Assembly (NCBI GenBank): GCA_963796965.1
Contig: CAWCNS010000016.1
Span: forward strand, 64,001 to 128,000
DNA length: 64,000 nt
Source of the DNA: Calditrichia bacterium
Lineage (GTDB): Bacteria > Calditrichota > Calditrichia > JAJRVZ01
Direction: 5' to 3'
Made by a program: the position numbers and the translations under genes. A model generated the notes under the pieces. That model was not told the origin of the DNA. It did not search any database and saw only the letters and a list, made by a program, of their open reading frames with translations. Below, piece by piece: positions 54,290-64,000 of the stretch. Positions within the stretch are counted from its first letter, which is position 1; each line of letters starts with the position of its first letter.

Positions 54290-54431
54290 AACTATATACG
54301 CTCTACCCGATACTGGTTAGTGGGCTTGAGGTCTCTGGTTATTGGGTTTGTGATTACTGAGAAAAATATTGAACATGGTGAGTTCTCAAAAATAGACTTG
54401 ATAATAGATTGCGTTGGACACAACTTTTATA

Positions 54432-54472
54432 AATTACCAATTACCAATTACCAATTACCAATTACCAATTAC
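54432..54472 (+). repeat. (AATTACC)5 heptamer array
   Basis: Perfect tandem; complementary degenerate arm after the gene at 55631-55658. Confidence 0.9.
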
Positions 54473-54491
54473 TCAGCATATTGGAAAGAAT

Positions 54492-55637
54492 ATGAAACCC
54501 ATCTATCTTGACTATAATGCAACAACCCCAATCCTCCCCGAAGTGGCTGAGGAAATGCAGCCTTTTTTAGGCGATCTTTTTGGAAATCCTTCCAGTTCCC
54601 ATTTATATGGGCAGCAAACAAAAAAAGCGGTTGATACGGCAAGAGAAAGAATTGCCCGATTATTGGATTGTGATAGGGACGAAATTGTTTTCACCAGTGG
54701 TGGCAGTGAGGCAAATAATTATGCGATTAAAGGAATTGCTTTTGCCAATAAAGAGAAGGGGAATCATATCATTACCTCTAAAATTGAGCATCCGGCGGTA
54801 ATCGAAGTATGCGAATATCTAAAAAAATGGGGTTTTGAAATTTCTTATATTCCTGTATCATCGGAAGGTATTGTTAATCTGCAAGAACTCGAGGCCTCCA
54901 TCAGACCTTCGACAATTCTGATTTCAGTTATGCACGCCAATAACGAGGTTGGCACAATTCAACCTTTGAGTGATATTGCCAGGATTGCCCGGAAAAGGAA
55001 TATTGTTTTTCATTCGGATGGGGCACAGTCGGTGGGGAAGATTCCTATTTCTGTGAAAGAGCTTGGGGTTGATCTTTTTTCAATTGCCGGACATAAACTC
55101 TATGGCCCAAAGGGAATTGGAGCATTATATGTGAAAAAGGGAATAGAATTAGAGAAGTTAATTCATGGGGCTAAGCAGGAGAAAGGCCGGCGGGCCGGTA
55201 CGGAAAATATAATGGAAATCGCGGGTCTGGGAAAAGCATGTGAAATAGCTAAAAGAGATTTGGAGATAAATGGAAAACATTTGAAAGAGATGCGTGATCG
55301 TTTGTACCTGGGAATAAAAAAAAATCTTGATAATACCATTGATATTAGAGTAAACAGCCCTCAAGAGCAATGCCTACCTAATACACTTAGTCTTTGTTTT
55401 GCAAATATAGAAGCCAATGTGCTCATCTCAGAAATTGAAGACCGCGTGGCTGTATCCGCTGGAGCCGCCTGCCATTCCGGGGACATTGATATATCAGGTA
55501 CATTAGATGCAATGGGCATACCCCTCAAATACGCTATGGGAACGATTCGATTCTCAACAGGGAAACCGACCATTAAAGATGAAATTGAACAGGCCGCGGA
55601 GATTGTTTGTGATGCGGTTGTTAAAATATGTAATTAG
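54492..55637 (+). CDS. Cysteine desulfurase / selenocysteine lyase-like (class V PLP, NifS/IscS family)
   Basis: IYLDYNATTP, GNPSS, FTSGGSE, HKLYGPKG, SAGAACHS. Confidence 0.92.
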   Translation: MKPIYLDYNATTPILPEVAEEMQPFLGDLFGNPSSSHLYGQQTKKAVDTARERIARLLDCDRDEIVFTSGGSEANNYAIKGIAFANKEKGNHIITSKIEHPAVIEVCEYLKKWGFEISYIPVSSEGIVNLQELEASIRPSTILISVMHANNEVGTIQPLSDIARIARKRNIVFHSDGAQSVGKIPISVKELGVDLFSIAGHKLYGPKGIGALYVKKGIELEKLIHGAKQEKGRRAGTENIMEIAGLGKACEIAKRDLEINGKHLKEMRDRLYLGIKKNLDNTIDIRVNSPQEQCLPNTLSLCFANIEANVLISEIEDRVAVSAGAACHSGDIDISGTLDAMGIPLKYAMGTIRFSTGKPTIKDEIEQAAEIVCDAVVKICN

Positions 55638-55765
55638 TAATTCGGAATTTGGAATTAGGCGCTTGAATAAATGGTACTATTGATGTCGTCCCCTGTGTAA
55701 TATGACAGATTTGTGTATCAGGGCAAGAGATAAAGCAAAAAGGTTTTACCTTTTGTCATCAAATG

Positions 55766-56335
55766 TTATTTTCGTTTAATCCAGTTTGATGGATTATTGA
55801 TGATATATTGCCTGATTGCATCTAATTCAGTTTGGTTGCGAATTATGTGTTCATAATAATTGCGTTGCCATAATTTTGATCCGGGCGTTTTTCGGATTTG
55901 ATTAATTTTTCGTGTGGTTATGGATGAAAAATTTTGGATTATCGCGGAAATTGATCCCCGTTTTGTGCCGTTGGGTTGGGATATTATATGTAGGGGCGAA
56001 GCATTCCCGGCATGATCTGAGATGAAAATACCAAAATTTTGCCTGGAATGCTTCGCCCCTACCATATCGTCAACGGTTTTATCGTTCAATATAATTATTC
56101 CATGTAAATGGTTTGGCATGATTTGAAAAACGTCCAATTGTGCGTTTTTAACATGTGTTGTAATATCAATCCATTTCGATTGAACGACCCGGCCAAATAA
56201 ATTTAATATCATTTTTTTGTTATTAATTCTACCGAATAAATGTTCACGATCCTTTACGCAAATGGTTACAAAATAATAGCCTGTTTGTGTATAATCATAT
56301 CCTGCTAACCGCATTGATTGACGTCTGTATTGCAT
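55766..56335 (-). CDS. REP-associated tyrosine (HUH, IS200-like) transposase
   Basis: RRQSMRL.GYDY, YFVTIC, MPNHLHGII, WQRNYYEHIIR, YI..NP. Confidence 0.9.
   Translation of the reverse strand: MQYRRQSMRLAGYDYTQTGYYFVTICVKDREHLFGRINNKKMILNLFGRVVQSKWIDITTHVKNAQLDVFQIMPNHLHGIIILNDKTVDDMVGAKHSRQNFGIFISDHAGNASPLHIISQPNGTKRGSISAIIQNFSSITTRKINQIRKTPGSKLWQRNYYEHIIRNQTELDAIRQYIINNPSNWIKRK
55990..56062. repeat. GTAG-REP inverted doublet within the transposase ORF
   Basis: Perfect 18-bp IR GTAGGGGCGAAGCATTCC / GGAATGCTTCGCCCCTAC. Confidence 0.9.
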
Positions 56336-56629
56336 TGATATCCCTGAATGATTAATTAAATTTAATTTCAAATATTATGCCAATTGAATAGATAGATAAA
56401 CTGGACTATAAATAGTCTCTTCCTCAGGATTGAAACATCCATTATTTTCAATAAATTGTAGTCGGTTACAGACTCAATCCTCAAATAAAATCAGGAAAGA
56501 TATATGCGGGCATATAAGATGTTTCATAATTATATGCATGGAAAAAATTTCTAATAATTTATTTATAGAGAATAAATTGGAGGTTTAATCGAGTTATAGC
56601 ACTATAATTTATAAACGGAGTTCTCTGTC

Positions 56630-58570
56630 ATGTTTGCAGTTATATATTCAATGATTGATGTTTGGTCTAAATACATAAAACTTATTTGCATAGTTACGGG
56701 ACTAGTATCCCTAGTCTTGACACAAAAAAGTTATGCTTTTGTGTATCCGGAACACAGGAAAATCGCTTTGCAGAGTATATATGACCTCGATGAAAATTAC
56801 CGGTCGGTGCTGGATAAATTATGGTTGGAAGCACGCACAGGTTATGAGGATCGTCTTAATTTATCGCCCGCAGATTCAAATCAGATTGAAGATTTAGCCG
56901 CTATCGACTATGCAGCCTGGCCAGCCATTGCCGGAGATCATTCCTGTTCTGCTTCAAATATGTTGTATACTATTCTGGAATCTGATTGGATAATGGATGT
57001 AGTCGACGTAACCTCCCGATTAAATGATCGTCTTGATGCGGCTGGTGATGAAAAATACAAGCGAATCAACGCTCTGCGCGATTCTGATTTTGAATTGTTG
57101 GCCGTTGATCCCCTCTATGCTACCCGGGCAGGTTCGAACAATGTTCATTTTCTATTCCCAAAATTGGGAGCGCATATCGATGTAGGCGACTATATCGAAT
57201 CCTGTCTGCATGAAGACAACGAAATTAATGCCATAGGGGTCTACACATGGTATCATTTCAGTGCACTTTCCAAAGCGGCTTATTTATCAGAAACTGATTT
57301 GTCTGAAAGGGAGAGGGCACAGTGGGTTCGGGCAATGTTGGCTGATGAAGCATTTGCGCTGCATTTTCTACAGGATACCTTTGCTGCCGGACATATTGCC
57401 GGATCCTGGGGCGCAGCCTCCCTTCGCAAAGGGACCCATGATTATTACAATGAAAATGGTTTGGAGGTGACATCCTGGAATGGCAGGTCGTTTGTCGTAC
57501 TTGGGGACGCCTGGATGCGTCCCGAAGATGCCAGGCGGGCAGCCAGAAGTGTACAAAAAAGCCTTGAACAGTTGCTTGATACCGCCATCGGTAAGGGTAT
57601 TAGTAGGGAAATGTCATTTATAGAAAATATCGTTCCCATACCAGATTCTCTGAATGTTTGTGCATTGAATTTTTTGCCTTCCCGCGAAATGGACATCAAA
57701 TTTGCCCGATTGTTGATTGAAGTAGTGGACCATACCCCCATGCCAGGCCTGAATAAGGGATTAGGAGCCTTACCACGCTTTAATGCGGAATTGGGACCGT
57801 TCCTAGGATTGACCTCTGCATTGCAAGCCAGTTGGTATCAGAGTGGTTTTCTGCAAGACCAAAACTTATCTGGCTTTATTGGAGGACTTGAATTAGCCTT
57901 ACGCTTAGGGATTGGTTTGGAGGGTGTTATGAATGAGGCAGGTGACGGACTTGTATTTTTAGATCTGGGTATATCACAGGCTGTCGCATCCAGCTCAAGT
58001 ATAGCAGCCCTTCCTGAACTAGAGGAGTTTGGTGCCATTACAGCCACTATTCCCTCCAGAACGGCCCTGGTATCACGACTACGAATGCCTTTCTGGTTGA
58101 TTCCCCTTGATTTGCTGATAGCTGCACCGCTGTTAGCTCTTACATCTCCCTCCACGCTTACCCGAATGGCTGTGGTTTCAACCAATGGTGGTTTGCTTGG
58201 CTGGCAGTCGGGAATCGCCACTTCAATTGGTCGTTTTCAATTTATCCTCGGTCGTGAAATAGGCGTCTATTTTTATGGGCATAGTAAAAACAATGATCGA
58301 GTGTTTGCATATGGTGAGGTAGATGGGGTGGAGGAGCTATTGTTGGTTGATGTTAAATCGATACAACTGCAATTACCGGTTCTTGATTATAGGAATTTCC
58401 GTACCTTTTCAAGGAATCAGAGTAGTGGGCTGCACATGCAATTATATGTTAGTTTTGATATTCCGACGAGTGTGGAGGTCGTTGTCCCGGAAAATGCTGT
58501 TGAGCCTGATTATAAAACAATTTTTCATATTGGCTTGAGAGCCTCATTGGATTGGCGTCATTATTTTTAA
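56630..58570 (+). CDS. Secreted protein: Zn-dependent phospholipase C/P1-nuclease-like domain + probable beta-barrel
   Basis: SYA/FVYPEH, NNVHF, HFLQDTFAAGH, HDYYN; amphipathic strands and terminal DWRHYF. Confidence 0.65.
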   Translation: MFAVIYSMIDVWSKYIKLICIVTGLVSLVLTQKSYAFVYPEHRKIALQSIYDLDENYRSVLDKLWLEARTGYEDRLNLSPADSNQIEDLAAIDYAAWPAIAGDHSCSASNMLYTILESDWIMDVVDVTSRLNDRLDAAGDEKYKRINALRDSDFELLAVDPLYATRAGSNNVHFLFPKLGAHIDVGDYIESCLHEDNEINAIGVYTWYHFSALSKAAYLSETDLSERERAQWVRAMLADEAFALHFLQDTFAAGHIAGSWGAASLRKGTHDYYNENGLEVTSWNGRSFVVLGDAWMRPEDARRAARSVQKSLEQLLDTAIGKGISREMSFIENIVPIPDSLNVCALNFLPSREMDIKFARLLIEVVDHTPMPGLNKGLGALPRFNAELGPFLGLTSALQASWYQSGFLQDQNLSGFIGGLELALRLGIGLEGVMNEAGDGLVFLDLGISQAVASSSSIAALPELEEFGAITATIPSRTALVSRLRMPFWLIPLDLLIAAPLLALTSPSTLTRMAVVSTNGGLLGWQSGIATSIGRFQFILGREIGVYFYGHSKNNDRVFAYGEVDGVEELLLVDVKSIQLQLPVLDYRNFRTFSRNQSSGLHMQLYVSFDIPTSVEVVVPENAVEPDYKTIFHIGLRASLDWRHYF

Positions 58571-58649
58571 GGTCATTCTTTGATCTTAGTTGTGATCAAT
58601 AGAGACAGGTATGTGACACTGTTTTACCAATAAAGGATCATGAAAGTTG

Positions 58650-58733
58650 TACGAGGAGGGGGACTTGAACCCCCACAGGCTTTAGCCCACTAGATCCTAA
58701 ATCTAGCGCGTCTACCAATTCCGCCATCCTCGC
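58650..58733 (-). tRNA. tRNA-Leu(TAG)
   Basis: GCGAGGATGGCGGAATTGGTAGACGCG-CTAGA-TTTAGGA-TCTAG...GGTTCAAGTCC..CCTCGTA. Confidence 0.96.
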
Positions 58734-58790
58734 AAATAAACTAATATTAAAATTAACAATTTGGCGTGCTAAAATCAATTTAGTGATATA

Positions 58791-59034
58791 ATAGAACGCA
58801 GATGACGCGGATAACGCTGATTTTCGCGGAATTTTATATATCTCAAATAATATGTATAAATTTGCGGGTTTATATCGCTCCTTGTTTCTTTATTTGAATT
58901 ATGTTATTCTATTCTTAATAATTCCCGTATATATTATTTGTACACTAAATTTATAAATATATATGTTGGAAAAATATTGAAATAATAAACAAAATCTGCG
59001 AAAATCAGCGTTATCCGCGTCATCAGCGTTCTAT
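58791..59034. mobile_element. 244-bp non-coding element with 40-bp TIRs of the GxxExxY-associated family
   Basis: 58791-58830 vs reverse complement of 58995-59034 match at 38/40; AT-rich interior. Confidence 0.8.
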
Positions 59035-59061
59035 CTATGTTTCATTGAAGGAAACTTATCT

Positions 59062-59409
59062 ATGAAAAAAGGAAAGATCGTATATTCCACCAATCCCGAC
59101 TGGCAGGAAACCTGTCCTGTCTGTGATAATTCTATTGAAGCCTGCACTTGTAGTAAAGGTAGCTCATCCGCATTAAACTCTCAGACGATTCTGATAAAAA
59201 GAGAAAAGAAGGGACGCGGCGGAAAGACGGTGACGACTATAAGAGGTCTCAAGACCGACCCAAAAGGAATGAAGAAAACCCTGCAGCAATTATGCGGCAG
59301 CGGGGGAACTTATAAAAATGGCATTATTGAAATTCAGGGAGATCACCGCGAAAAGATCCAAACCTATCTGCAAAAGGAAGGGTATGAGGCAAAGTTGGCG
59401 GGGGGGTGA
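59062..59409 (+). CDS. yciH: Translation initiation factor SUI1/YciH
   Basis: VYST, REKKGRGGKTVT, CGSGGT, IEIQGDHR, AGG. Confidence 0.93.
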   Translation: MKKGKIVYSTNPDWQETCPVCDNSIEACTCSKGSSSALNSQTILIKREKKGRGGKTVTTIRGLKTDPKGMKKTLQQLCGSGGTYKNGIIEIQGDHREKIQTYLQKEGYEAKLAGG

Positions 59410-59761
59410 ACGGTGAATAGTCAACATTCCATTTTCAATATTCATTTTTATGAATTGAGAATGATTATAAATTGTTCACAATTCGCTATTAATTATTCAC
59501 CATTTTCAATTACATCTTTTAAATCCCAAATCCCCCCTAACCTGTATCTCACATCTCGTTTTCTATCCCGCATCCCGTATCCCGTATCCCTCTATAGCAT
59601 ATCCAACAAACTTATACAATCTTCCATATTTTTAATATTTTTCTTTACTTTTTCCTTTAGAATGTTATATTATAAAACACTTATTGCTGAAGACTATTCT
59701 TTATATCGAATCCTCAACTGAAAAAGACCTCACCTATTTTTATTGCTGAAAGTACATTTAT

Positions 59762-60385
59762 ATGCAACCTGCTCAGGATTTTACATCACTGAGTGAGTTA
59801 TTACGTAATTGTTGTGATGAAGGTTCACCTCACCGGGAATCGGCTTGGCGAGAATTTCTTAAACGATATAAGCATTTTATCTATCAGGTAATTACCCATC
59901 GCTGTTTAGGATGGCAGGTATCACGATTGCGTCGGCAATTATCTGATGTCGTTAATGATGTTGTTTCAGAGGTGTTCATTATTCTCACAAAATCCCTCAC
60001 TCAGTTTCGGGAACTAGAGGACGAGAAGAAATTTCGTGCCTGGCTGGCAATCGTCTGCAACCGTGCCACCGGGCGTTACCTCAAAAAGGAATTTGTTGCC
60101 GAAATTGTGGATCCCGATATCGAAGAATTACAGAATTATATAGAAGGATTAGAATTCGATTCCCGCTGGGAATTATATGAAAGTGTCATTGAACAACTTC
60201 GATCAGGCGACTCCGCCAAAAAAAGAAATCTCGAACGTGATATTAACCTCTTCCAATTCTATCTCTGGTCCGACCTCTCACAACCGACTATTCAAACCCA
60301 CCCTTGTTATACTAAAATTGGCCATCGTGTGATTGATAATGTAGTAAACCGTTTACGGGAAGAATTACGTAAAAAGGATAATTAG
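59762..60385 (+). CDS. ECF-type sigma70 factor, divergent region 4
   Basis: AW.EF..RY...IY, DVVSEVF, F..WL..V..R region-2 pattern; C-terminal helix pair ending V.RLREEL. Confidence 0.7.
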   Translation: MQPAQDFTSLSELLRNCCDEGSPHRESAWREFLKRYKHFIYQVITHRCLGWQVSRLRRQLSDVVNDVVSEVFIILTKSLTQFRELEDEKKFRAWLAIVCNRATGRYLKKEFVAEIVDPDIEELQNYIEGLEFDSRWELYESVIEQLRSGDSAKKRNLERDINLFQFYLWSDLSQPTIQTHPCYTKIGHRVIDNVVNRLREELRKKDN

Positions 60386-60649
60386 TAGTAATTGTGAGCG
60401 TATCCTCTCGCAGCGCCGCAGCGTCGCAGAGATAAAGAATACAAATAAACCAATAAAAAATTAAAGGGAGATCTCTCTTTCACGCCGGGGTGAAGTATTT
60501 TGTATCTTGTATTTTTTATTTTGTATTCAACTCGTAGCGTCGCTGCGCGAAAAAAATCATACACTTTGAGAGAATTTGGGGAAAGAGTGGCTCTTATAAG
60601 TAGAGGTTAGGGAATCAACAACACTTTTAAATTCAATTAGGATCTGGTT

Positions 60650-61042
60650 ATGGAGGCGACACACACAAAACTGGGGTGGGCCCTGGCGCACCTGCAGGCT
60701 GAGAGGACGACTACATCTTCTCAATTAACACCGTCCGAGCAAGATTATCTTGAGCATATGAAAGACAGGTTCAAACTCCTTAATGGTAATGGTAAAATGG
60801 TTTCATTATTGGAAAATTTGCCTGATAGAACCTGTTTAATTAACCAACCCTTCCTTGCTGATAATGAAGACTTTTTTATCGCTCTGTTTTCTGATACCAA
60901 ACACGATGAGGCTTGTATTCGTCTCTATAAGCATATGAATGATTGCTATCCCTGTTTTGAGATATTCTCCCAGGTATTGCGGGATTATTACCGGCAGGGG
61001 GAAGTCTTAAAGGAATCTTTTCAGGAGAAAAATCATGGATGA
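60650..61042 (+). CDS. Soluble protein with HxxxCxxC (ZAS-like anti-sigma) motif
   Basis: LYKHMNDCYPCF; follows the ECF sigma. Confidence 0.65.
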   Translation: MEATHTKLGWALAHLQAERTTTSSQLTPSEQDYLEHMKDRFKLLNGNGKMVSLLENLPDRTCLINQPFLADNEDFFIALFSDTKHDEACIRLYKHMNDCYPCFEIFSQVLRDYYRQGEVLKESFQEKNHG

Positions 61043-62227
61043 GAAATGGACGCATGAGCGATTGAGGACATATCTGAGACGGCGCGAAGAGCGTAAAGCG
61101 TTGAGCGTGGAGCGGAAAAGAAGTCCGTTGAGAGTGGAGAGTGGAGGGTAGAGAGTAAGGCGTTTGAGGGATTGCTGGATTTGGTTGATCGGGTGAGGGA
61201 TGGGATTGAGATTCCGGAATCTGAGAAAGATCTGAATATTCCCCGGACCTTTGATGAGATTGATGCGTTGTTGGGTGAGTTGTATGTGGGGAATGCTGGT
61301 GCAGATGATAAAAAGATGTTTTTATCCGGGCTTTATCATTCCGAGATTTTTTATCAGCGGGTGTTGATGAAAACACTGCAGGTTCAGCCGGTTTTGGAGG
61401 GACAAGAGTAAGATAATCTATCTAATATTAAAGTATTATCTGATGAGCAGATTTTGATCAATATGAATCTGATAGATGGAACTGAGAAGACAGAAAAAGT
61501 AGATATTACATATAAGATCCCAGTTAAGTTTTGGGAAAGATTAAAAGAAAAAAAAGGCAGCATTAGCCTGGGAACCAAACGTTTGGTTTATGCTACAGCG
61601 AGCATTAGTGCCATTATAGTGGCGACTTTTTCGGGTATTCGTTTTTACAATACAACTTATCAGATTATGCTGGCGGATGATCTATTAAAAGAAAATTACC
61701 GAGTCTATATGGCCTATACACCAAGATTAAGTGGAGGATTTGCACCAACGGGCATTAGCACCCTAATGGGTGATGAAAAAATGCAGTATACTTTTCTCGA
61801 TCATGCTCTCAAATACATCAATAAGGCACTCCAATCAGATAATGAGTTTTCATCTGCATTATATATGAAAGCAAAAATAATGATTATAAATAAAGAATAT
61901 GATAATGCAGAATCAATATTTAGAGAAATTAGAGAGAGAAATAAATTAACTGTGCCAATGTTAAATGATTTAGGAATTCTATATTTTAATCAGAATAAGA
62001 TAGAAAAAGCCATTAATTGTTTTCAACAGATTCAGCATAGGGATCCTGAATATAAAGAATCCTACTATAATTTGGCTGTTATGATGGATCGTCTTGAAAA
62101 AAAGTCTGAGGCAATTACCGCTCTCGAAAAGTATCTTGAATTAGAAACAAATGAAGAATGGTTAACTGCAGCAGAACAATTTCATGATGAGTTCTTAAAT
62201 AAGAAATTTAAGAAAAATCGAGAGTAG
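61035..62227 (+). CDS. Membrane-anchored TPR protein (putative anti-sigma/sensor); indels near 61140 and 61408
   Basis: RBS AGGAG, ATG overlapping the upstream stop; ORFs 61172-61411 and 61454-62227 join; one TM, TPRs (LNDLGILY, YYNLAV). Confidence 0.65.
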
Positions 62228-62240
62228 ATGGGAGGATTTT

Positions 62241-63848
62241 ATGGTAAGTTTATTTAGAATAATCAAACTGAAATTCTCAAAAGGAATTATTAAATACTGG
62301 TTTATGCCCAGATATAATTCCCTCAGGGTCCATCTTTTAGGATTAACAATTGCTTTTATAATTTTACTTATTCATCTTGGCCTGTTTACCTTCAACACCA
62401 CCTACGAGGCTGAATGTTGTAGATGGATAATTGAGGCTGATTATCAAAGCCTTGCCGGTTTAAACTCAATAGTATACAGTATTATAATTATTTTGTGGTT
62501 TGGATTGGTTACCTACTATTTTGGTTTTTGGGCAATCTTAACCCTTTTTTTACTGATTTATATTGGTATACGCTCCTCCCGAACATCCCTTCTTTAGATC
62601 CTTTGAGTTAAGCGCATGGTGGTATATTGCAGGATATCTATCAGGGGTAATCTTTGCGATTTTCTACAATGATATTCTTTATTTATATATGATTATTTTT
62701 CGCCAAAACGAGCGCAAGTTAATTTTTGCCTATGATCCCCAAAAAAAAGTAAATATAATCAAATCTCCCAATCGGGAAGAAGAGGTCGCCTTACCGGATT
62801 TCCCAGATGAGGGAAGGTTATATAATTTTGGGCCAGTTGAATGTGCCCGACCTTACACAATAGTTATCCTTGCAAATCCTCGCTACGGGAAATACAGAAG
62901 CCGTGAAATTGTCCAGGATCCAATTATGAAAAATCTTGATTTCTTCCTCCGGTCAGTCGTGCGGGCATTGGAAAGTTTCCATAATAATGAGGTACTTGGG
63001 CGTCCGGAAATCTGGAGTCGGGTAAGAATTGTTACGGTTTTTGATGAAAATATTGGGAAAGGGCTTGACGAGGTAAATGAGTCAAAAGATGGATTTGTAG
63101 AACAAGTGAAATCGCTTACTGCTGAAATTGACGCATTAGTAATACCAAAATATAAAACATCAGATGATATATTAATTGATAACGTTCTTAATGGAGAAAT
63201 AAATAGACTGGGCGGCCCGATAAAGTACAGCGATATCGATGTTGTCTTTTCATTCACAGCAATGCCGAATTTTACTAGAGCCTGTGCTCATTATTCCTCT
63301 AAAGATAATGGTGATTGTACTGAAAATCCAAAATCAAATTACAAATTTGAACGGGAAGGAAAAGTGTCTACCACTAAATATATATATGAAGATAGACTTG
63401 TTCACCGGGAAAAGTAGCTTTGAATGTTCTTGGTGCAACGCAAAAAACTTTCATCCATGAGTTTGCTCATGCTATGTCTCATGCTGAAAACGGGGCAATT
63501 GTAGATGAATATTACGATGAAGGTGTTCTATTCCTGGATTCTTCGGGTAAACCGGAAAAAGGAAAAAAGCCAATTTCAACGATGTTCTCAGTGAATCGCT
63601 TGAATAAAAGTGCTGGTACAGTTCCTGTCCCCAAAATATTTTGTAATTATCATGAATCATCTGCAGAAAAATTTGTATATGCTTCAGACAGGAATCACCC
63701 ATCTGCTCAGGAGAATTGGAGTGGTTTTTATCCGGAACGCAAAGAATCCGATGTCTATTGTACGATGGATCGCCGGTATGGTCGATACCAGTTTGACAAA
63801 CTTATAGCAGACTATATGTATGACCGTTTATTACATAAAATTATTTAA
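62241..63848 (+). CDS. Multi-TM protein with C-terminal HExxH metallopeptidase (M64-like); indels near 62570 and 63390
   Basis: RBS GGGAGG; about three TM helices; FIHEFAHAM....DEY and CTM motifs. Confidence 0.6.
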
Positions 63849-63858
63849 GGAGGATATC

Positions 63859-64000
63859 ATGCTAGCAATAAATCTATCCTTCCGTAGAATGATAAAAAGA
63901 TATGTACCTAATTTAACCGAACAAACTATTATCAATTTTGAGTCCTATGTCTCGCTGAGACATCAACTTCAGGAGGAAAATAGAGTTTTTGGACAATCGG
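63859..64000 (+). CDS. Start of a gene truncated by the window end
   Basis: RBS AAGGAGG, ATG 63859, frame open to 64000. Confidence 0.6.
   Translation, partial: MLAINLSFRRMIKRYVPNLTEQTIINFESYVSLRHQLQEENRVFGQS

Noticed and set aside
54414..54491. N-terminal extension (NYQLPIT repeats) of the cysteine desulfurase
   Set aside because: Translation of the AATTACC array; family alignment starts at MKPIYLD (54492).

Overview
AT-rich bacterial chromosomal window, probably from an FCB-group lineage such as Calditrichota, KSB1 or Ignavibacteria. That placement is inferred from the 'QNYPNPFNP' C-terminal sorting domain, S46 peptidase and TIGR03960-rne/rng-rplU-rpmA synteny; it is not proven. About twenty genes, including core ones (rplU, ribD, ribE, rne/rng), carry single-base indels, which points to an unpolished long-read assembly rather than true pseudogenes. 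Housekeeping content: two M16 peptidases, mscS, a PlpD-like patatin-barrel, rsmE, rsmF-like, amn, ribD-E-BA-H, ada, a NifS-like enzyme, yciH and two tRNA-Leu. Two signalling cassettes stand out. One is a Ser/Thr kinase-beta-propeller, a GAF sigma54 activator with GVATGV, an enhancer/-24/-12 promoter and two propeller lipoproteins. The other is an ECF sigma, a ZAS-like protein, a TPR protein and an M64-like peptidase. The most striking layer is a dense set of small repeats and the small nucleases tied to them: (i) a GxxExxY gene bracketed by 37-bp inverted repeats, with an empty MITE-like derivative and a solo arm elsewhere; (ii) a GIY-YIG gene between tRNA-Leu and hairpin-edited partial tRNA copies; (iii) a RAYT-type HUH transposase carrying its REP inside its ORF; (iv) about 220-bp MITEs with 15-bp TIRs and 9-bp TSDs; (v) a nucleosidase-like gene bracketed by about 125-bp inverted repeats; (vi) many 7-nt and 9-nt periodic inverted arrays. 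No CRISPR array, rRNA or prophage was seen.
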